From NCBI GenBank assembly GCA_964195005.1, contig CAXMOO010000078.1, positions 1 through 43,364 of the forward strand: 43,364 nt of DNA, in the 5' to 3' direction. This document shows positions 17,563-26,951 of the stretch, piece by piece. Position 1 is the first letter of the stretch. The number at the start of each line of letters is the position of its first letter. Both the position numbers and the translations under genes were made by a program. The DNA comes from an uncultured Gammaproteobacteria bacterium (lineage in GTDB: Bacteria; Actinomycetota; Acidimicrobiia; Spongiisociales; SHLN01). The notes under the pieces were generated by a model that searched no databases, was not told where the DNA came from, and was given only the letters and a program-made list of their open reading frames with translations.

Positions 17563-18090
17563 CTATTTCTTTTCGAGCCTGCGGTAGCCACCCCGAAAAT
17601 AGGTAGCCGGGTCATCCAGATCCGCAACTTCGGCTTTCTCAACCAGGCCTTCTACGAGTTGGTGAAAGGGCAAGGTTTTGCTGTCGGCCAATCGGCAAAA
17701 CAGCCGGTTGTGGAGCGAATCCAATACCGGGCCCCAGGGGCTCTGCGTCACCTCGACCTCGGCGAAAGGTCCTCCGGGCCGGGGTCTTGTGCCGGCAAAG
17801 GCTTCGCCGTGCTCTCGCTGAGCATCGTCGAGGATATGGACCACAAAAGCCTCCGTGGCCTCTATCTGTTCCCACAAATCGGTAGTTGGACCGATGAGGG
17901 CGAGCACTGAGGCCGGATCGCCCTCGGCGACCATGAGCGAGGACACGGTAAGCCCGGCCCGCGAATCCTCTCCTCCCGCGGTGACCACCGTTACCGGCGC
18001 TACCAGCCGGCCCCGGAACTGGCGTACCGGATCGCGTTCGTCGGGCGGGTCCTGGAAGGGGTGGTCGTCGTGGATCATCGGCGGGACCAT
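17563..18090 (-). CDS. Flavin reductase-like (FMN-binding split-barrel) protein
   Basis: FRGRLVAPVTVVTAGGEDSRAGLTVSSL pattern is typical of the flavin reductase domain. Confidence 0.7.
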   Translation of the reverse strand: MVPPMIHDDHPFQDPPDERDPVRQFRGRLVAPVTVVTAGGEDSRAGLTVSSLMVAEGDPASVLALIGPTTDLWEQIEATEAFVVHILDDAQREHGEAFAGTRPRPGGPFAEVEVTQSPWGPVLDSLHNRLFCRLADSKTLPFHQLVEGLVEKAEVADLDDPATYFRGGYRRLEKK

Positions 18091-18103
18091 AGCGAGCGCC
18101 GCC

Positions 18104-18135
18104 CTAGACCACTAGACCTTACGGGCCACTAGACC
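18104..18135. promoter_or_regulatory. Three direct CTAGACC repeats in the divergent flavin reductase / P5C dehydrogenase promoter region
   Basis: CTAGACC at 18104-18110, 18112-18118 and 18129-18135, the last two as CACTAGACC. They lie between starts at 18090 (-) and 18175 (+). Confidence 0.4.
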
Positions 18136-18174
18136 CACGGCTCCAGGTTCTATCCTCCGACCTGTGGAGGAAAC

Positions 18175-19716
18175 GTGACTTTTAGCACCGAACCGCTGAC
18201 CGATTTCACGGACCGGACCAATGTCGAGCTCTACCAGGCTGCCCTGAAAGAAGTCCGTGACCAGCTGGGGGCCGATTATCCGCTGATTATCTCCGGCCAA
18301 CGGGTCGAGACGGGTGCCTGGATGGAGTCACACAATCCGGCCAGCATCAGCCAACTCATCGGCCGGTCGGCGCAGGCGGGACCTGGTGAGGTCGATCGGG
18401 CTCTCGAAGGGGCCTGGGATGCGTTCCCGGCTTGGTCGGCGCGTTCAATGAGTGAACGCGCCGATCTACTCCATGCTTTGGCAACGGTTCTGCGGCGGCG
18501 CAGGTTTGAGCTTGCAGCCTGGATGAGCTTCGAAGCAGCTAAGAACTACGCCGAAGCGGACGCAGACGCGGCCGAGGCCATCGACTTTGTTGAGTACTAC
18601 GCGGCCCAGTCGTTGCCTCTGGCCGAGCCGCTGGAGACATTTCCTTACCCCGGCGAAGAAAACACCACCATGCTGCGACCCCTCGGCGCCGGAGCGGTGA
18701 TTTCGCCGTGGAACTTCCCGCTGGCGATTCTCACGGGTATGGCGGTGGGCCCGGCAGCCGTGGGCAACACGTTGGTGCTCAAGCCGTCGCCGGATACCCC
18801 GATCGTCGCCCAGAAGTTCATGGAGTGCGTTGAGGAGGCCGGCTTCCCGCCAGGAGTGTTCAATCTGGTTACGGGCCAGGACGCCGAAATTGGCGATCAT
18901 CTCGTCGACCACCACCGCACCCGCTTCATCAATTTCACCGGTTCACTGAACATCGGAGTTCGGATCAACGAGCGCGCCGCCAAGGTGCACCCCGGCCAGC
19001 TCTGGATCAAAAAGGTCCAGTTGGAGATGGGCGGAAAAGATGCGTTGATAATCGACGAGACCGCCGACCTCGATTACGCCGTGAGTGCGGCAGTTGCCAG
19101 TGGTTTCGGATTCGGCGGCCAGAAATGCTCCGCCATGAGCCGGCTCATCGTGGTCGACGAGATCTACGACGACGTTGTCGCCCGGTTTGGCGAGGCGGTT
19201 GGGGAGCTGAAGGTGGGCCCGGCCGAAGAGAACCCGGACTTTTCGGCTTTGATCAACGATCGCGCTCGCCAGAAGAGCCTCAGCTACATCGGCATAGGCA
19301 CAGACGATGCCCGGCTCATCGCCGGGGGGAAGGCCGGGCCGGACGTGGGCTACTACGTCGAACCGACCGTGTTCGCCGACGTCGACCCCCGGTCCTCCCT
19401 TGCCCAGGAGGAGATCTTCGGACCGGTCGTCTCGGTTATTCGGGCGACCGATTTCGATGACGCGCTCAACATCGCTAACGGCACCCTGTTTGGCCTCACC
19501 GGAGGGGTGATCTCCTCGGAACCTGCCCGCCTGGAACAGGCCCGGCGTGAGTTCGAGGTCGGCAATCTGTACCTGAATCGGAAGATCACCGGTGCATTCG
19601 TCGGCGTGCAGCCGTTCGGGGGGCTGCGCCTGTCGGGGACGACAGTCAAAGCGGGCGGACCCTACTATTTGAGGCAGTACATGGCGGCTAAAACGGTGGC
19701 CGAAAGGAAGCTCTAA
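18175..19716 (+). CDS. pruA: L-glutamate gamma-semialdehyde (1-pyrroline-5-carboxylate) dehydrogenase
   Basis: 513-aa aldehyde dehydrogenase with a RocA/PruA-type N-terminus ([18 protein letters not shown]...HNPA). ELGGKD-like EMGGKD and catalytic [13 protein letters not shown] start with GGAGGAAAC upstream. Confidence 0.8.
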   Translation: MTFSTEPLTDFTDRTNVELYQAALKEVRDQLGADYPLIISGQRVETGAWMESHNPASISQLIGRSAQAGPGEVDRALEGAWDAFPAWSARSMSERADLLHALATVLRRRRFELAAWMSFEAAKNYAEADADAAEAIDFVEYYAAQSLPLAEPLETFPYPGEENTTMLRPLGAGAVISPWNFPLAILTGMAVGPAAVGNTLVLKPSPDTPIVAQKFMECVEEAGFPPGVFNLVTGQDAEIGDHLVDHHRTRFINFTGSLNIGVRINERAAKVHPGQLWIKKVQLEMGGKDALIIDETADLDYAVSAAVASGFGFGGQKCSAMSRLIVVDEIYDDVVARFGEAVGELKVGPAEENPDFSALINDRARQKSLSYIGIGTDDARLIAGGKAGPDVGYYVEPTVFADVDPRSSLAQEEIFGPVVSVIRATDFDDALNIANGTLFGLTGGVISSEPARLEQARREFEVGNLYLNRKITGAFVGVQPFGGLRLSGTTVKAGGPYYLRQYMAAKTVAERKL

Positions 19717-19764
19717 CCCTCAGGGCGACTCTAGGAACCGCGCATAGTGGCCGATAGCCATGGT

Positions 19765-19944
19765 ATGAAGAGCACGCTGAAGGTGTTAGGTCTGTTGTCG
19801 GTGGCGGCAGCCGGTGTGGCCAGCGTACTCCGGGCCCGTACCACTGAGCAACACATCAACCGGCCGGTCGCAATAGCCGACCACAACGTATGCCGGCAAC
19901 TCAACCAGGCCATGGACCGCTTCGAGGATCGGTTCGGAACCTAA
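19765..19944 (+). CDS. Small hypothetical membrane/secreted protein (59 aa)
   Basis: MKSTLKVLGLLSVAAAGVASVL hydrophobic N-terminus. No clear RBS; locally lower GC. Confidence 0.3.
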   Translation: MKSTLKVLGLLSVAAAGVASVLRARTTEQHINRPVAIADHNVCRQLNQAMDRFEDRFGT

Positions 19945-20158
19945 TGCCCGCTTAACCTGGCTGGATGTCCGTTCGTTCGGCCTCGATCGCGCTCTCGACC
20001 CTGGCAACTGCCGTAATCGTGGCCCCATGCCCTCTGGCACCTGTTGGCTGCCGGAGCGCTGGCTGCCATCTACCAGCACTACCAGGCTGCCCAACAGAGA
20101 TGAGGGCATATTGTCACTCAGCGATAGGTTTCTCCGTGAACATGACCGGAGGTTTTCG

Positions 20159-20356
20159 ATGATGTGGCCTGAGCCGGAGAACGGCGACGAAGTCTATGTA
20201 CCGTTCGCCCAGCGCCGCCCCTTCCGAATCGCCGCATTGGCCATCACCATCATTGTGGTGCTGGCAATGGTGGCCCTCACCCTGGGTCCCTATTTTTCGG
20301 GACCGCGGGTGGTCCGAGTTCCGGTTACCACAATTCCTCTCGGTCGGCCCATCTAA
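20159..20356 (+). CDS. Small single-TM membrane protein (65 aa)
   Basis: GGAGG at 20148-20152, 6 nt upstream of ATGATG. TM helix IAALAITIIVVLAMVALTLG. Confidence 0.45.
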   Translation: MMWPEPENGDEVYVPFAQRRPFRIAALAITIIVVLAMVALTLGPYFSGPRVVRVPVTTIPLGRPI

Positions 20357-20577
20357 CCGGGCGAAAGCTTCTCCACCCGGCCGGCCAGGGGCCCGGGCCC
20401 GACCGCCGCTTTGAGCGCAGCGATCGCGTCAATCCCCACCGTTCCCTCAGCGAACGCGGCGGCGAAGGCAGCGACGGCCTGGGGAAGCGAGGCAAAAGCG
20501 TCTACCTGGTCGAGATCGGCGGCCCGCTCAGCTGCCGCGATCGCCTCGTCGCTGCGGCCCTTTTCGAGAAGCGTCAA
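20353..20577 (-). CDS. Small Ala-rich helical (TPR-like) hypothetical protein; start uncertain
   Basis: High GC3. The frame stays open upstream of the TTG start and overlaps the end of the preceding ORF. Confidence 0.3.
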   Translation of the reverse strand: MTLLEKGRSDEAIAAAERAADLDQVDAFASLPQAVAAFAAAFAEGTVGIDAIAALKAAVGPGPLAGRVEKLSPG

Positions 20578-20594
20578 GGCCCGTTCGGCTGCCG

Positions 20595-21005
20595 TCAGGG
20601 CTTCGCGCTGTCGCTGTCCGTCGATTCGAGGGCTCCCCTTTCGTCGAGGATCTTGTGGAGGTCTTCATAGCGCTCTTCGAGCTCCTCGAGACGGTTTCCA
20701 GTGTTGATCATCTGGTTGAGCTCCTCGGGAGTCATCCCTCCACCGATCCGAGACGTACCCGTGAACATGCCACGTTTCGTCTTGAACTGTTCCCCCTTGG
20801 CCTTCTTGATGCGCGCTGCCAGGCGCGTGTGCTCTTCGAGGAGCTCGGACGTGGGACGCTGCTCGTCGACTTTGATGCTCCGCAAGGTCGCGCGAAGGGT
20901 GTCGCGACGCCCCTCGAGCTCCACCCGGGCAGTCTCATCCATTTCGCCCTCGAGCGAAGTGAGGACGCCGGACAGCTCACCCAACAACTCGTCGAGCGTG
21001 CTCAC
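20595..21005 (-). CDS. Coiled-coil hypothetical protein, last gene(s) of the 2-oxoacid dehydrogenase operon
   Basis: High-GC3 ORF with heptad-like E/L/R-rich sequence. Start placed at GTG 21005, because the ATG at 21113 lies inside R2 repeat copy 2. Confidence 0.5.
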   Translation of the reverse strand: MSTLDELLGELSGVLTSLEGEMDETARVELEGRRDTLRATLRSIKVDEQRPTSELLEEHTRLAARIKKAKGEQFKTKRGMFTGTSRIGGGMTPEELNQMINTGNRLEELEERYEDLHKILDERGALESTDSDSAKP

Positions 21006-21169
21006 TAGTGCTCTGTCCAGTGACGTTGGCGATGTTGAGGGCGAGTCAGGGGCGGCGCTGGGAAGGACGCAGGACGAAGGCGCACTTGACGTGCGTCGAG
21101 GACGAGGACGCATCCAGCGGCGTCACTGGCCGTCCTGAACGCGGTAAACGTTGCTGGTCGGGGCACTAG
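21005..21169 (+). repeat. R2 intergenic element, copy 2
   Basis: CTAGTG at 21005-21010 and CACTAG at 21164-21169. Internal inverted repeat CCAGTGACG (21017-21025) / CGTCACTGG (21121-21129). Core identical or near-identical to copy 1. Confidence 0.6.
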
Positions 21170-22281
21170 ATGCTCTCAATCCGGTCAACCACGGCGGCCA
21201 TAAAGGCTCGACCCTGGGCGCCGTCTATCAGGCGGTGGTCGTAGGAGAGCGAAATGGGCAGCACCATACCCACCGCAGACGCTCCCCCCTCGACAATCAC
21301 GTCTTCGGTGGCCCGCCCAAAGGAGATGATTGCGGTGGTGCCGTAGGGGATGATCGGCGTTCCGTAGCCGCCCCCCACCGCTCCTATGTTTGACACCGTG
21401 AAAGTCGCTCCTCGCACGTCATCCGGAGTCAGTTTGCCCCCTTTGGCCGATTTCGCCAACCGGATGATGGCATCGGCCAGATCGTGAATCGAAAGATCGT
21501 CTGCTCCTTTGACGACGGGCACGATGAGGCCGTCGTCGGTGTCGGTGGCGACGCCAATGTTGTAGTGCTCGCGGTGCAGGACATCAGAGCCGATGAGGGA
21601 TGCATTGAAGTCCGGAAACTCAACGAGGACAGGAAGCAGGGCAGATATCAGCAGAGCTTCGAGCGGCATCGGCCCCTCCGCCTCGACGAGCAACCTCTTC
21701 CTCTCTGCCAGCAGATTCTCGGCCCTGGCGGAATCGAACGTGGTCACATGGGGAATCTCTCGCCAGGACCTGGAAAGGTGCTCGGCAATGGCAAGGCGCC
21801 GTCGCGAGAGGCGTCGCCGCCGCCCGCTGCCTGCCGCGGCTTCCACGTCGGCCGCTGTGATCCGACCCCCGTCGCCACTCCCCGCCACGGCCGCCAAATC
21901 GACTCCTAGCTCAGCCGCCAACTTGCGTACTGCCGGAAGCGCCTGCCCGCCGCTTGGCGGGCTTGCCTGGGGAAGTGTTCCCACGATGGGAGCCGCTTGC
22001 ACCGGGGCCGCTTGGGGGCCGTCCGCAGGAGCCCATTGCTCGCCGGCCTCGCCGACCACCGCCAGAGTCTTTCCCACCTCCAGGTCTTCGCCCTCCTTTG
22101 CTCCGTGGAACAGGAGCGTCCCCGGATAAGGGCTGGGAATCTCTAAGACCGACTTGTCGGTTTCCACCTCCACCAACGGCTGGTCCATCGTCACCTCGCC
22201 ACCGACCTCGACCAGCCACTTGAGCACCGTGATTTGAGTCAGACCCTCTCCGACATCAGGAACCACAAACTCCTGGGCCAC
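21166..22281 (-). CDS. 2-oxoacid dehydrogenase E2 (dihydrolipoamide acyltransferase)
   Basis: Lipoyl domain VEVETDKSVLEIPSP, E3/E1-binding PAVRKLAAELGVDL, catalytic SYDHRLIDGA. Confidence 0.9.
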   Translation of the reverse strand: MAQEFVVPDVGEGLTQITVLKWLVEVGGEVTMDQPLVEVETDKSVLEIPSPYPGTLLFHGAKEGEDLEVGKTLAVVGEAGEQWAPADGPQAAPVQAAPIVGTLPQASPPSGGQALPAVRKLAAELGVDLAAVAGSGDGGRITAADVEAAAGSGRRRRLSRRRLAIAEHLSRSWREIPHVTTFDSARAENLLAERKRLLVEAEGPMPLEALLISALLPVLVEFPDFNASLIGSDVLHREHYNIGVATDTDDGLIVPVVKGADDLSIHDLADAIIRLAKSAKGGKLTPDDVRGATFTVSNIGAVGGGYGTPIIPYGTTAIISFGRATEDVIVEGGASAVGMVLPISLSYDHRLIDGAQGRAFMAAVVDRIESI

Positions 22282-22282
22282 C

Positions 22283-23263
22283 TCAGCCTCCTTTCAGGGC
22301 ATGGTGGGCGGCGGCCGCGATCCGGTCGGCGCTCGGGACGTAGTGATGCTCGGCCCTGCGCAGTGGCACCACTGTGTCCCATCCGGTCACTCGCTGTATC
22401 GGGGCTTGCAAAGAGTAGAGCGCCTCCTCCTGAATGGAAGCAGCCAACTCGGCTGCGAAGCCGCAAGTGCGGTGACCCTCCTGCACAATGACAGCCCGCC
22501 CGGTGCGGGTCACCGACTCGAGCACCGTATCTAGATCGAGGGGAACCAGGGTCCGCAAGTCAATGACATCCGCCTCATGTCCATCCTCGGCCAACGCCTC
22601 GGCGGCCTCCAGAGCGTCGGGCACCATGGCGCCGTATGCCACGAGGGTCACGTCCGAGCCCCGGCGCCGCCGCGCCGCCTGCCCGAAGAGGACTGGCTCC
22701 GGCGGACTCGCCACCTCCCCTTGCAGCCGCCGGTAGGAGCGGATCGGCTCGAGGAAGATCACCGGATCGGGGTCTTCCACCGCGGTCAAGAGCAGCCCGG
22801 CAGCATCGGCCGGATCCGACGGCACCACCACCTTGAGCCCCGGGGTATGGGCAAAAAGCGCCTCGGTTGATTCGCTGTGATGCTCGGCAGCCCCGATGCC
22901 TGCCCCATATGGAATGCGAATCACCAGCGGAGCCGTGAACCGGTGCCGGGACCGGTGGCGGATTCTCGACACATGGCTGACGACCTGGTCGTAAGCCGGG
23001 TAGAAAAATCCAAGGAACTGGATCTCGGCTATCGGTCGAAGCCCGCTAATGGCCATGCCGAAGGCCGCCCCAACGATCCCCGACTCGGCGACGGGTGTGT
23101 CCACCACCCGCTCGGAGCCATGCTTGGCCTGCAGGCCGTCCGTGACTCGAAACACGCCACCAGTGCGACCGACATCTTCACCCAGGATGACCGTGTCGGT
23201 GTGGCTGGAAAGCACATGGTCGAGGGTCAGGTTCAGAGCCTGTGCCATGTTGACCTCAGACAT
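22283..23263 (-). CDS. 2-oxoacid (pyruvate/branched-chain) dehydrogenase E1 beta subunit
   Basis: Transketolase-like pyrimidine-binding and C-terminal domains: GEDVGRTGGVFRVT, DTPVAESGIVGAAFGMA. Confidence 0.9.
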   Translation of the reverse strand: MSEVNMAQALNLTLDHVLSSHTDTVILGEDVGRTGGVFRVTDGLQAKHGSERVVDTPVAESGIVGAAFGMAISGLRPIAEIQFLGFFYPAYDQVVSHVSRIRHRSRHRFTAPLVIRIPYGAGIGAAEHHSESTEALFAHTPGLKVVVPSDPADAAGLLLTAVEDPDPVIFLEPIRSYRRLQGEVASPPEPVLFGQAARRRRGSDVTLVAYGAMVPDALEAAEALAEDGHEADVIDLRTLVPLDLDTVLESVTRTGRAVIVQEGHRTCGFAAELAASIQEEALYSLQAPIQRVTGWDTVVPLRRAEHHYVPSADRIAAAAHHALKGG

Positions 23264-24293
23264 CCCGATACCTCATCAAGGCCTGTTGTTGACGCACGAG
23301 CTGCGGAGTCTGCTCGGCGAACATGGCTGAGAACACTTCGGCCGGGCCGAGCGGCTCGAGGTCCTCGGCGGCCGCAATAGCGGCCTCAACATCATCGGCG
23401 GCGGAGGTTTCCAGCTCGGCTTGCCTGTCGTCGTCCCAGGAGCCTCGCGATTCGAGATAGCGGCGCACCCGCTCAATCGGGTCCCTCTCCTTCCACGCCT
23501 CCGTCTCGTTCGAATCGCGGTAGCGCCCCGGGTCGTCGGCCGTTGTGTGGGGGGCCATCCGATAGGTCACAGCTTCGATGAGTGTGGGCCCTCCCCCGGA
23601 CCGGGCCCGGTCGGTCGCCGTCTGTGCCGCCGAGTGGACGGCAAAGAGGTCGTTGCCGTCCACCTGCACCCCCGGGAAACCGTAGGCGTCGGCCTTTTGA
23701 GCAATGGTCTCCGAAGCCGTTTGTTCGGCTCGAGGCAAAGAGATGGCGTAATGGTTGTTCTGGCAGAGGAAGACGACCGGCAGTTGGTAGACGCCGGCAA
23801 AATTCATGGCTTCGTGGAAGTCGCCTTCGGAAGTTGCTCCGTCGCCGAACATCGTCATCGCCACCCGGTCACGAGACTGAAGCCGCTCACCCCACGCCAA
23901 GCCGACCGCGTGGATCATGTGAGCCCCAACAGTGATTGAAGGCGGGAGGACGTTGACACCCATCGGCGGGGACCCGCCACGCTCGTCGCCCGTCCTTCCC
24001 AGGAAGAGGTTCATCCACGGATATCCGTGGAACCACATAGCAGCAGCGTCCCGGTAGGTGGCCACCAGCCAGTCATCCGGTTGCAAGGCGGCTGCAGCGC
24101 CGATCTGGGCAGCCTCTTGACCTTCGAAGGACGCGTAAGTGGCTAACCGGCCTTGTTTTTGCAGGGCCGTGCCTTTCCGATCGTAAACACGGGCTGCAAC
24201 GAGAGCAGCGAAGAGGAGCCTGGTCTCTTCATCATCCAATGGCGCCGCGGCGTCCGCGGCTAGCGAGCCGTCGGGCTGCAAGATCTCGAGCAT
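23256..24293 (-). CDS. 2-oxoacid dehydrogenase E1 alpha subunit (ThDP-dependent)
   Basis: GDGATSEGDFHEAMNFA ThDP motif and YRMAPHTTADDP. Overlaps the E1 beta start by 8 nt. Confidence 0.9.
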   Translation of the reverse strand: MLEILQPDGSLAADAAAPLDDEETRLLFAALVAARVYDRKGTALQKQGRLATYASFEGQEAAQIGAAAALQPDDWLVATYRDAAAMWFHGYPWMNLFLGRTGDERGGSPPMGVNVLPPSITVGAHMIHAVGLAWGERLQSRDRVAMTMFGDGATSEGDFHEAMNFAGVYQLPVVFLCQNNHYAISLPRAEQTASETIAQKADAYGFPGVQVDGNDLFAVHSAAQTATDRARSGGGPTLIEAVTYRMAPHTTADDPGRYRDSNETEAWKERDPIERVRRYLESRGSWDDDRQAELETSAADDVEAAIAAAEDLEPLGPAEVFSAMFAEQTPQLVRQQQALMRYRDV

Positions 24294-24329
24294 CGCTGGG
24301 AGGCTAACCGGCTCATCGAACTGCAGTAG

Positions 24330-24599
24330 CTATTGAAAAAGGAGCACCGCTCCCACGACAGACACCACAATCAGCGATGCCGAGAGCCACGCAAGCAACA
24401 GAGCTCGGAAGGCGTCGGCCGCCAGGACATTCGATGTTGGCATTGGCTCCAGGAAAGCTGTCAGGTCGCCCGACATATATCCAGGTCGATTGCGAGGATC
24501 GCAGGCGTTGCTCATACCTGATAGGTCGTCGAACAGCCGAAAACCCACAGAACCAAAATGGGCGGTCACCGACTGACTAGTGCCCGCCCAACCCTCCAA
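24330..24599 (-). CDS. Possible small C-terminally TM-anchored protein; start uncertain
   Basis: Only a C-terminal hydrophobic helix (LLLAWLSASLIVVSVVGAVLLF). No RBS seen. Confidence 0.25.
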   Translation of the reverse strand: MEGWAGTSQSVTAHFGSVGFRLFDDLSGMSNACDPRNRPGYMSGDLTAFLEPMPTSNVLAADAFRALLLAWLSASLIVVSVVGAVLLFQ

Positions 24600-24607
24600 G
24601 CAGACGC

Positions 24608-26833
24608 TTACTGGCTGGAAAACACCGAATCGAGCTCGTCCGGCTCAATGAGAACCTCGCGGGCTTTGGAGCCTTCCGAAGGCCCGACGATCCCCTTGTT
24701 CTCGAGAATGTCCATCACCCGGCCGGCACGGGCAAAACCGAGGCGAAGCTTGCGCTGCAGCATCGAAGTTGAGCCAAGTTGGGATCGCACCACGAGCTCG
24801 ATCGCCTGCCTGAGAATCTCCGGATCTTCCCCACCGCTGTCTGCAGCCGCTTTGGCTTCCTTCTGAGATGCCTCGAAAATCGATTCGTCGTAACGGGCCT
24901 TAGCCTGCTGTTTGACCCAGTCGACAACGCCGTGAACCTCTCTCTCGCTTACCCAGGCGCCTTGAATACGCTCAGGCTTCGGATCGCGAGCCGTCACAAC
25001 CAGCATGTCGCCCAGACCAACGAGCTTTTCGGCACCACCGCCATCGATGATGACCCGCGAGTCGGCCTGCGAAGCGACCGACAACGCCAGCCTCGATGGG
25101 ATGTTGGCTTTGATGACGCCTGTGATCACGTCGACCGATGGTCGCTGCGTGGCAATCACAAGATGGATACCGATGGCCCGGGCCATTTGCGCCACGCGGA
25201 CGATGGCGTCCTCGACGATCTTGCCGGCCACCATCATCAGGTCGTTGAGCTCATCAACCACCAACACGATGTAGGGAAAGCGGTCGAATTTATCGGGATC
25301 GAGCCCACCGGCGTCAAACTTCTCGTGGTAGCCGATTATGTCCCGGACCCCGGCATCGGCCACCAGCTCATATCGCCGGTCCATCTCATCGACCGTCCAT
25401 CGCAGGGCGTCGGCAGCCTTGCGGGGATTGGTGATGACACGGGTCAACAGATGGGGCACACCGTTGTACTGGCCTAATTCGACTCGCTTGGGATCGATCA
25501 AGATGAGACGCACCTGTTCCGGAGTGGTTCGCATCAGCAGGCTGGTAACTATCGAGTTGATACTCGACGACTTGCCGGCCCCGGTGGCGCCGGCGATGAG
25601 GACGTGAGGCAGCTCATCGAGGTTGAGCATGGTGGGGGTCCCCGCGATGTCCATTCCCAGGCCTACCGCGAGCGGATTGTCGGCCGCGTTTGCTTCGGGG
25701 GCGGAGAGGATGTCGCCCAGGGTCACAAGGCGACGGCGCACGTTGGGAACCTCCACGCCAATCGCACTCTTGCCGGGGATGGGGGCGAGGATCCGAACGT
25801 CGGGGGTAGCCAGGGCGTACCCGATGTCGCTGGCGAGACTGGTAACTCGAGCTACCTTGACGCCGGGGGCCAGCTCGATCTCATAGCGGGTGACGGTAGG
25901 TCCAGGGACAATCCGGGTGAGCCGGGCATCAACCCCGTGCTGTCGGAGCGTCTCTTCCAGCTCCCTTCCCGTGCCTTCAAGCGATCTCTTATTGGTTCCT
26001 CCTCCAGTTCCCATGTCGAGCAGCTCGAGGGGAGGTAGCTGATAACTGCCTTTGACCTTGCCAACTGGCGTGGCCGCCTTGCGGGCTTGGGGCTTAGCAC
26101 CCGGTCGGGTCTTAGCAGGAGCCGATCGCGGCTTGCTGGCCGCGGGCCGGTCGCTCGCCGGCGGCGGGGCCGGTTGTGCCGGGGGCGTGGTCGTGCCCAG
26201 AACCGGGCGTTTACGCCCTCGCCAGACTCGGCGGGCCCACGCTCTGGTCCGGCGCGACCAATCGCCGAGGGTTAGCGCAACTTCTCTCACGGTCGTCTCG
26301 GTTGCCAGCATCACGCCTACCCCGATGACCGTGACAACAACGATCAAGGCCCCCCACAGCCCGACCAGGCGCCGCATCGGATATGACATCACCGAGCCGA
26401 TAACGCCGCCACGGGTGGTGACCTCGTCAACTCCAGCCGCTAATGGAATCGTACCTGTAAGGAGGTGAAAAAAAGCCAGGGTTCCGATAAAGACCACTAC
26501 GAGGCCCATCGGAAGATGCGAATGTTCTCTGTGTGCCCTGCCCAACACCAGGCTGACACCAACGATGGCCATGACGCCGGGCACGAAGATGGCCCACACC
26601 CCGAACAGGATCTCGAGCCCCGGCACAAAAAGGCGGCCGAATGGCCCGGCAAGTCCAATGAAACCCAGGAACAACACAGCGCTGACGACCAAGAGGACGA
26701 GGCCCCAGACATCATCGGTCTGACGGCCGAGCCGGGCTCGCAGCGCGTCCCGGAATTGTGCCCAGCCGCTTGGCCGGCTCTTCGATGCCCGCTTCCGCCC
26801 GGAAGCCCCCTTACGGGGTTTCTTTTGTGGCAT
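24608..26833 (-). CDS. ftsK: DNA translocase FtsK/SpoIIIE
   Basis: N-terminal TM helices, Pro/Ala-rich linker, Walker A GATGAGKSS, C-terminal gamma winged helix (RKLRLGFARAGRVMDILE). Confidence 0.95.
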   Translation of the reverse strand: MPQKKPRKGASGRKRASKSRPSGWAQFRDALRARLGRQTDDVWGLVLLVVSAVLFLGFIGLAGPFGRLFVPGLEILFGVWAIFVPGVMAIVGVSLVLGRAHREHSHLPMGLVVVFIGTLAFFHLLTGTIPLAAGVDEVTTRGGVIGSVMSYPMRRLVGLWGALIVVVTVIGVGVMLATETTVREVALTLGDWSRRTRAWARRVWRGRKRPVLGTTTPPAQPAPPPASDRPAASKPRSAPAKTRPGAKPQARKAATPVGKVKGSYQLPPLELLDMGTGGGTNKRSLEGTGRELEETLRQHGVDARLTRIVPGPTVTRYEIELAPGVKVARVTSLASDIGYALATPDVRILAPIPGKSAIGVEVPNVRRRLVTLGDILSAPEANAADNPLAVGLGMDIAGTPTMLNLDELPHVLIAGATGAGKSSSINSIVTSLLMRTTPEQVRLILIDPKRVELGQYNGVPHLLTRVITNPRKAADALRWTVDEMDRRYELVADAGVRDIIGYHEKFDAGGLDPDKFDRFPYIVLVVDELNDLMMVAGKIVEDAIVRVAQMARAIGIHLVIATQRPSVDVITGVIKANIPSRLALSVASQADSRVIIDGGGAEKLVGLGDMLVVTARDPKPERIQGAWVSEREVHGVVDWVKQQAKARYDESIFEASQKEAKAAADSGGEDPEILRQAIELVVRSQLGSTSMLQRKLRLGFARAGRVMDILENKGIVGPSEGSKAREVLIEPDELDSVFSSQ

Positions 26834-26902
26834 CGAAACTGCAGGCTAACCAATCCCCGATATAAACCACCGTCAATTTCGCGCGGCGAGCAGTCGATAT
26901 CA

Positions 26903-26951
26903 CCTCTCTGGGGAGGACCGCCCGAGCAAAGTGAAGGCGAAGAGGGGCAGG
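26903..26951 (-). repeat. R1 C-rich 49-nt intergenic repeat, copy c (minus orientation)
   Basis: The reverse complement cctgcccctcttcgccttcactttgctcgggcggtcctccccagagagg starts 12 nt after the rnj stop. Confidence 0.7.

Noticed and set aside
16410-17642. 410-aa Arg/Pro/Gly-rich minus-strand ORF
   Set aside because: It is an alternative frame of the LysM-M23 gene, which has clear LysM and M23 motifs. It also runs through R1 repeats and intergenic DNA.
21006-21113. ATG 21113 as start of the coiled-coil gene (N-terminus MRPRPRRTSSAPSSCVL)
   Set aside because: This stretch is R2 repeat copy 2. The same pseudo-peptide (RPRSRRSPAMPSSCVL) appears in copy 1, where it is antisense to another gene. 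It therefore reflects repeat DNA, not coding sequence.
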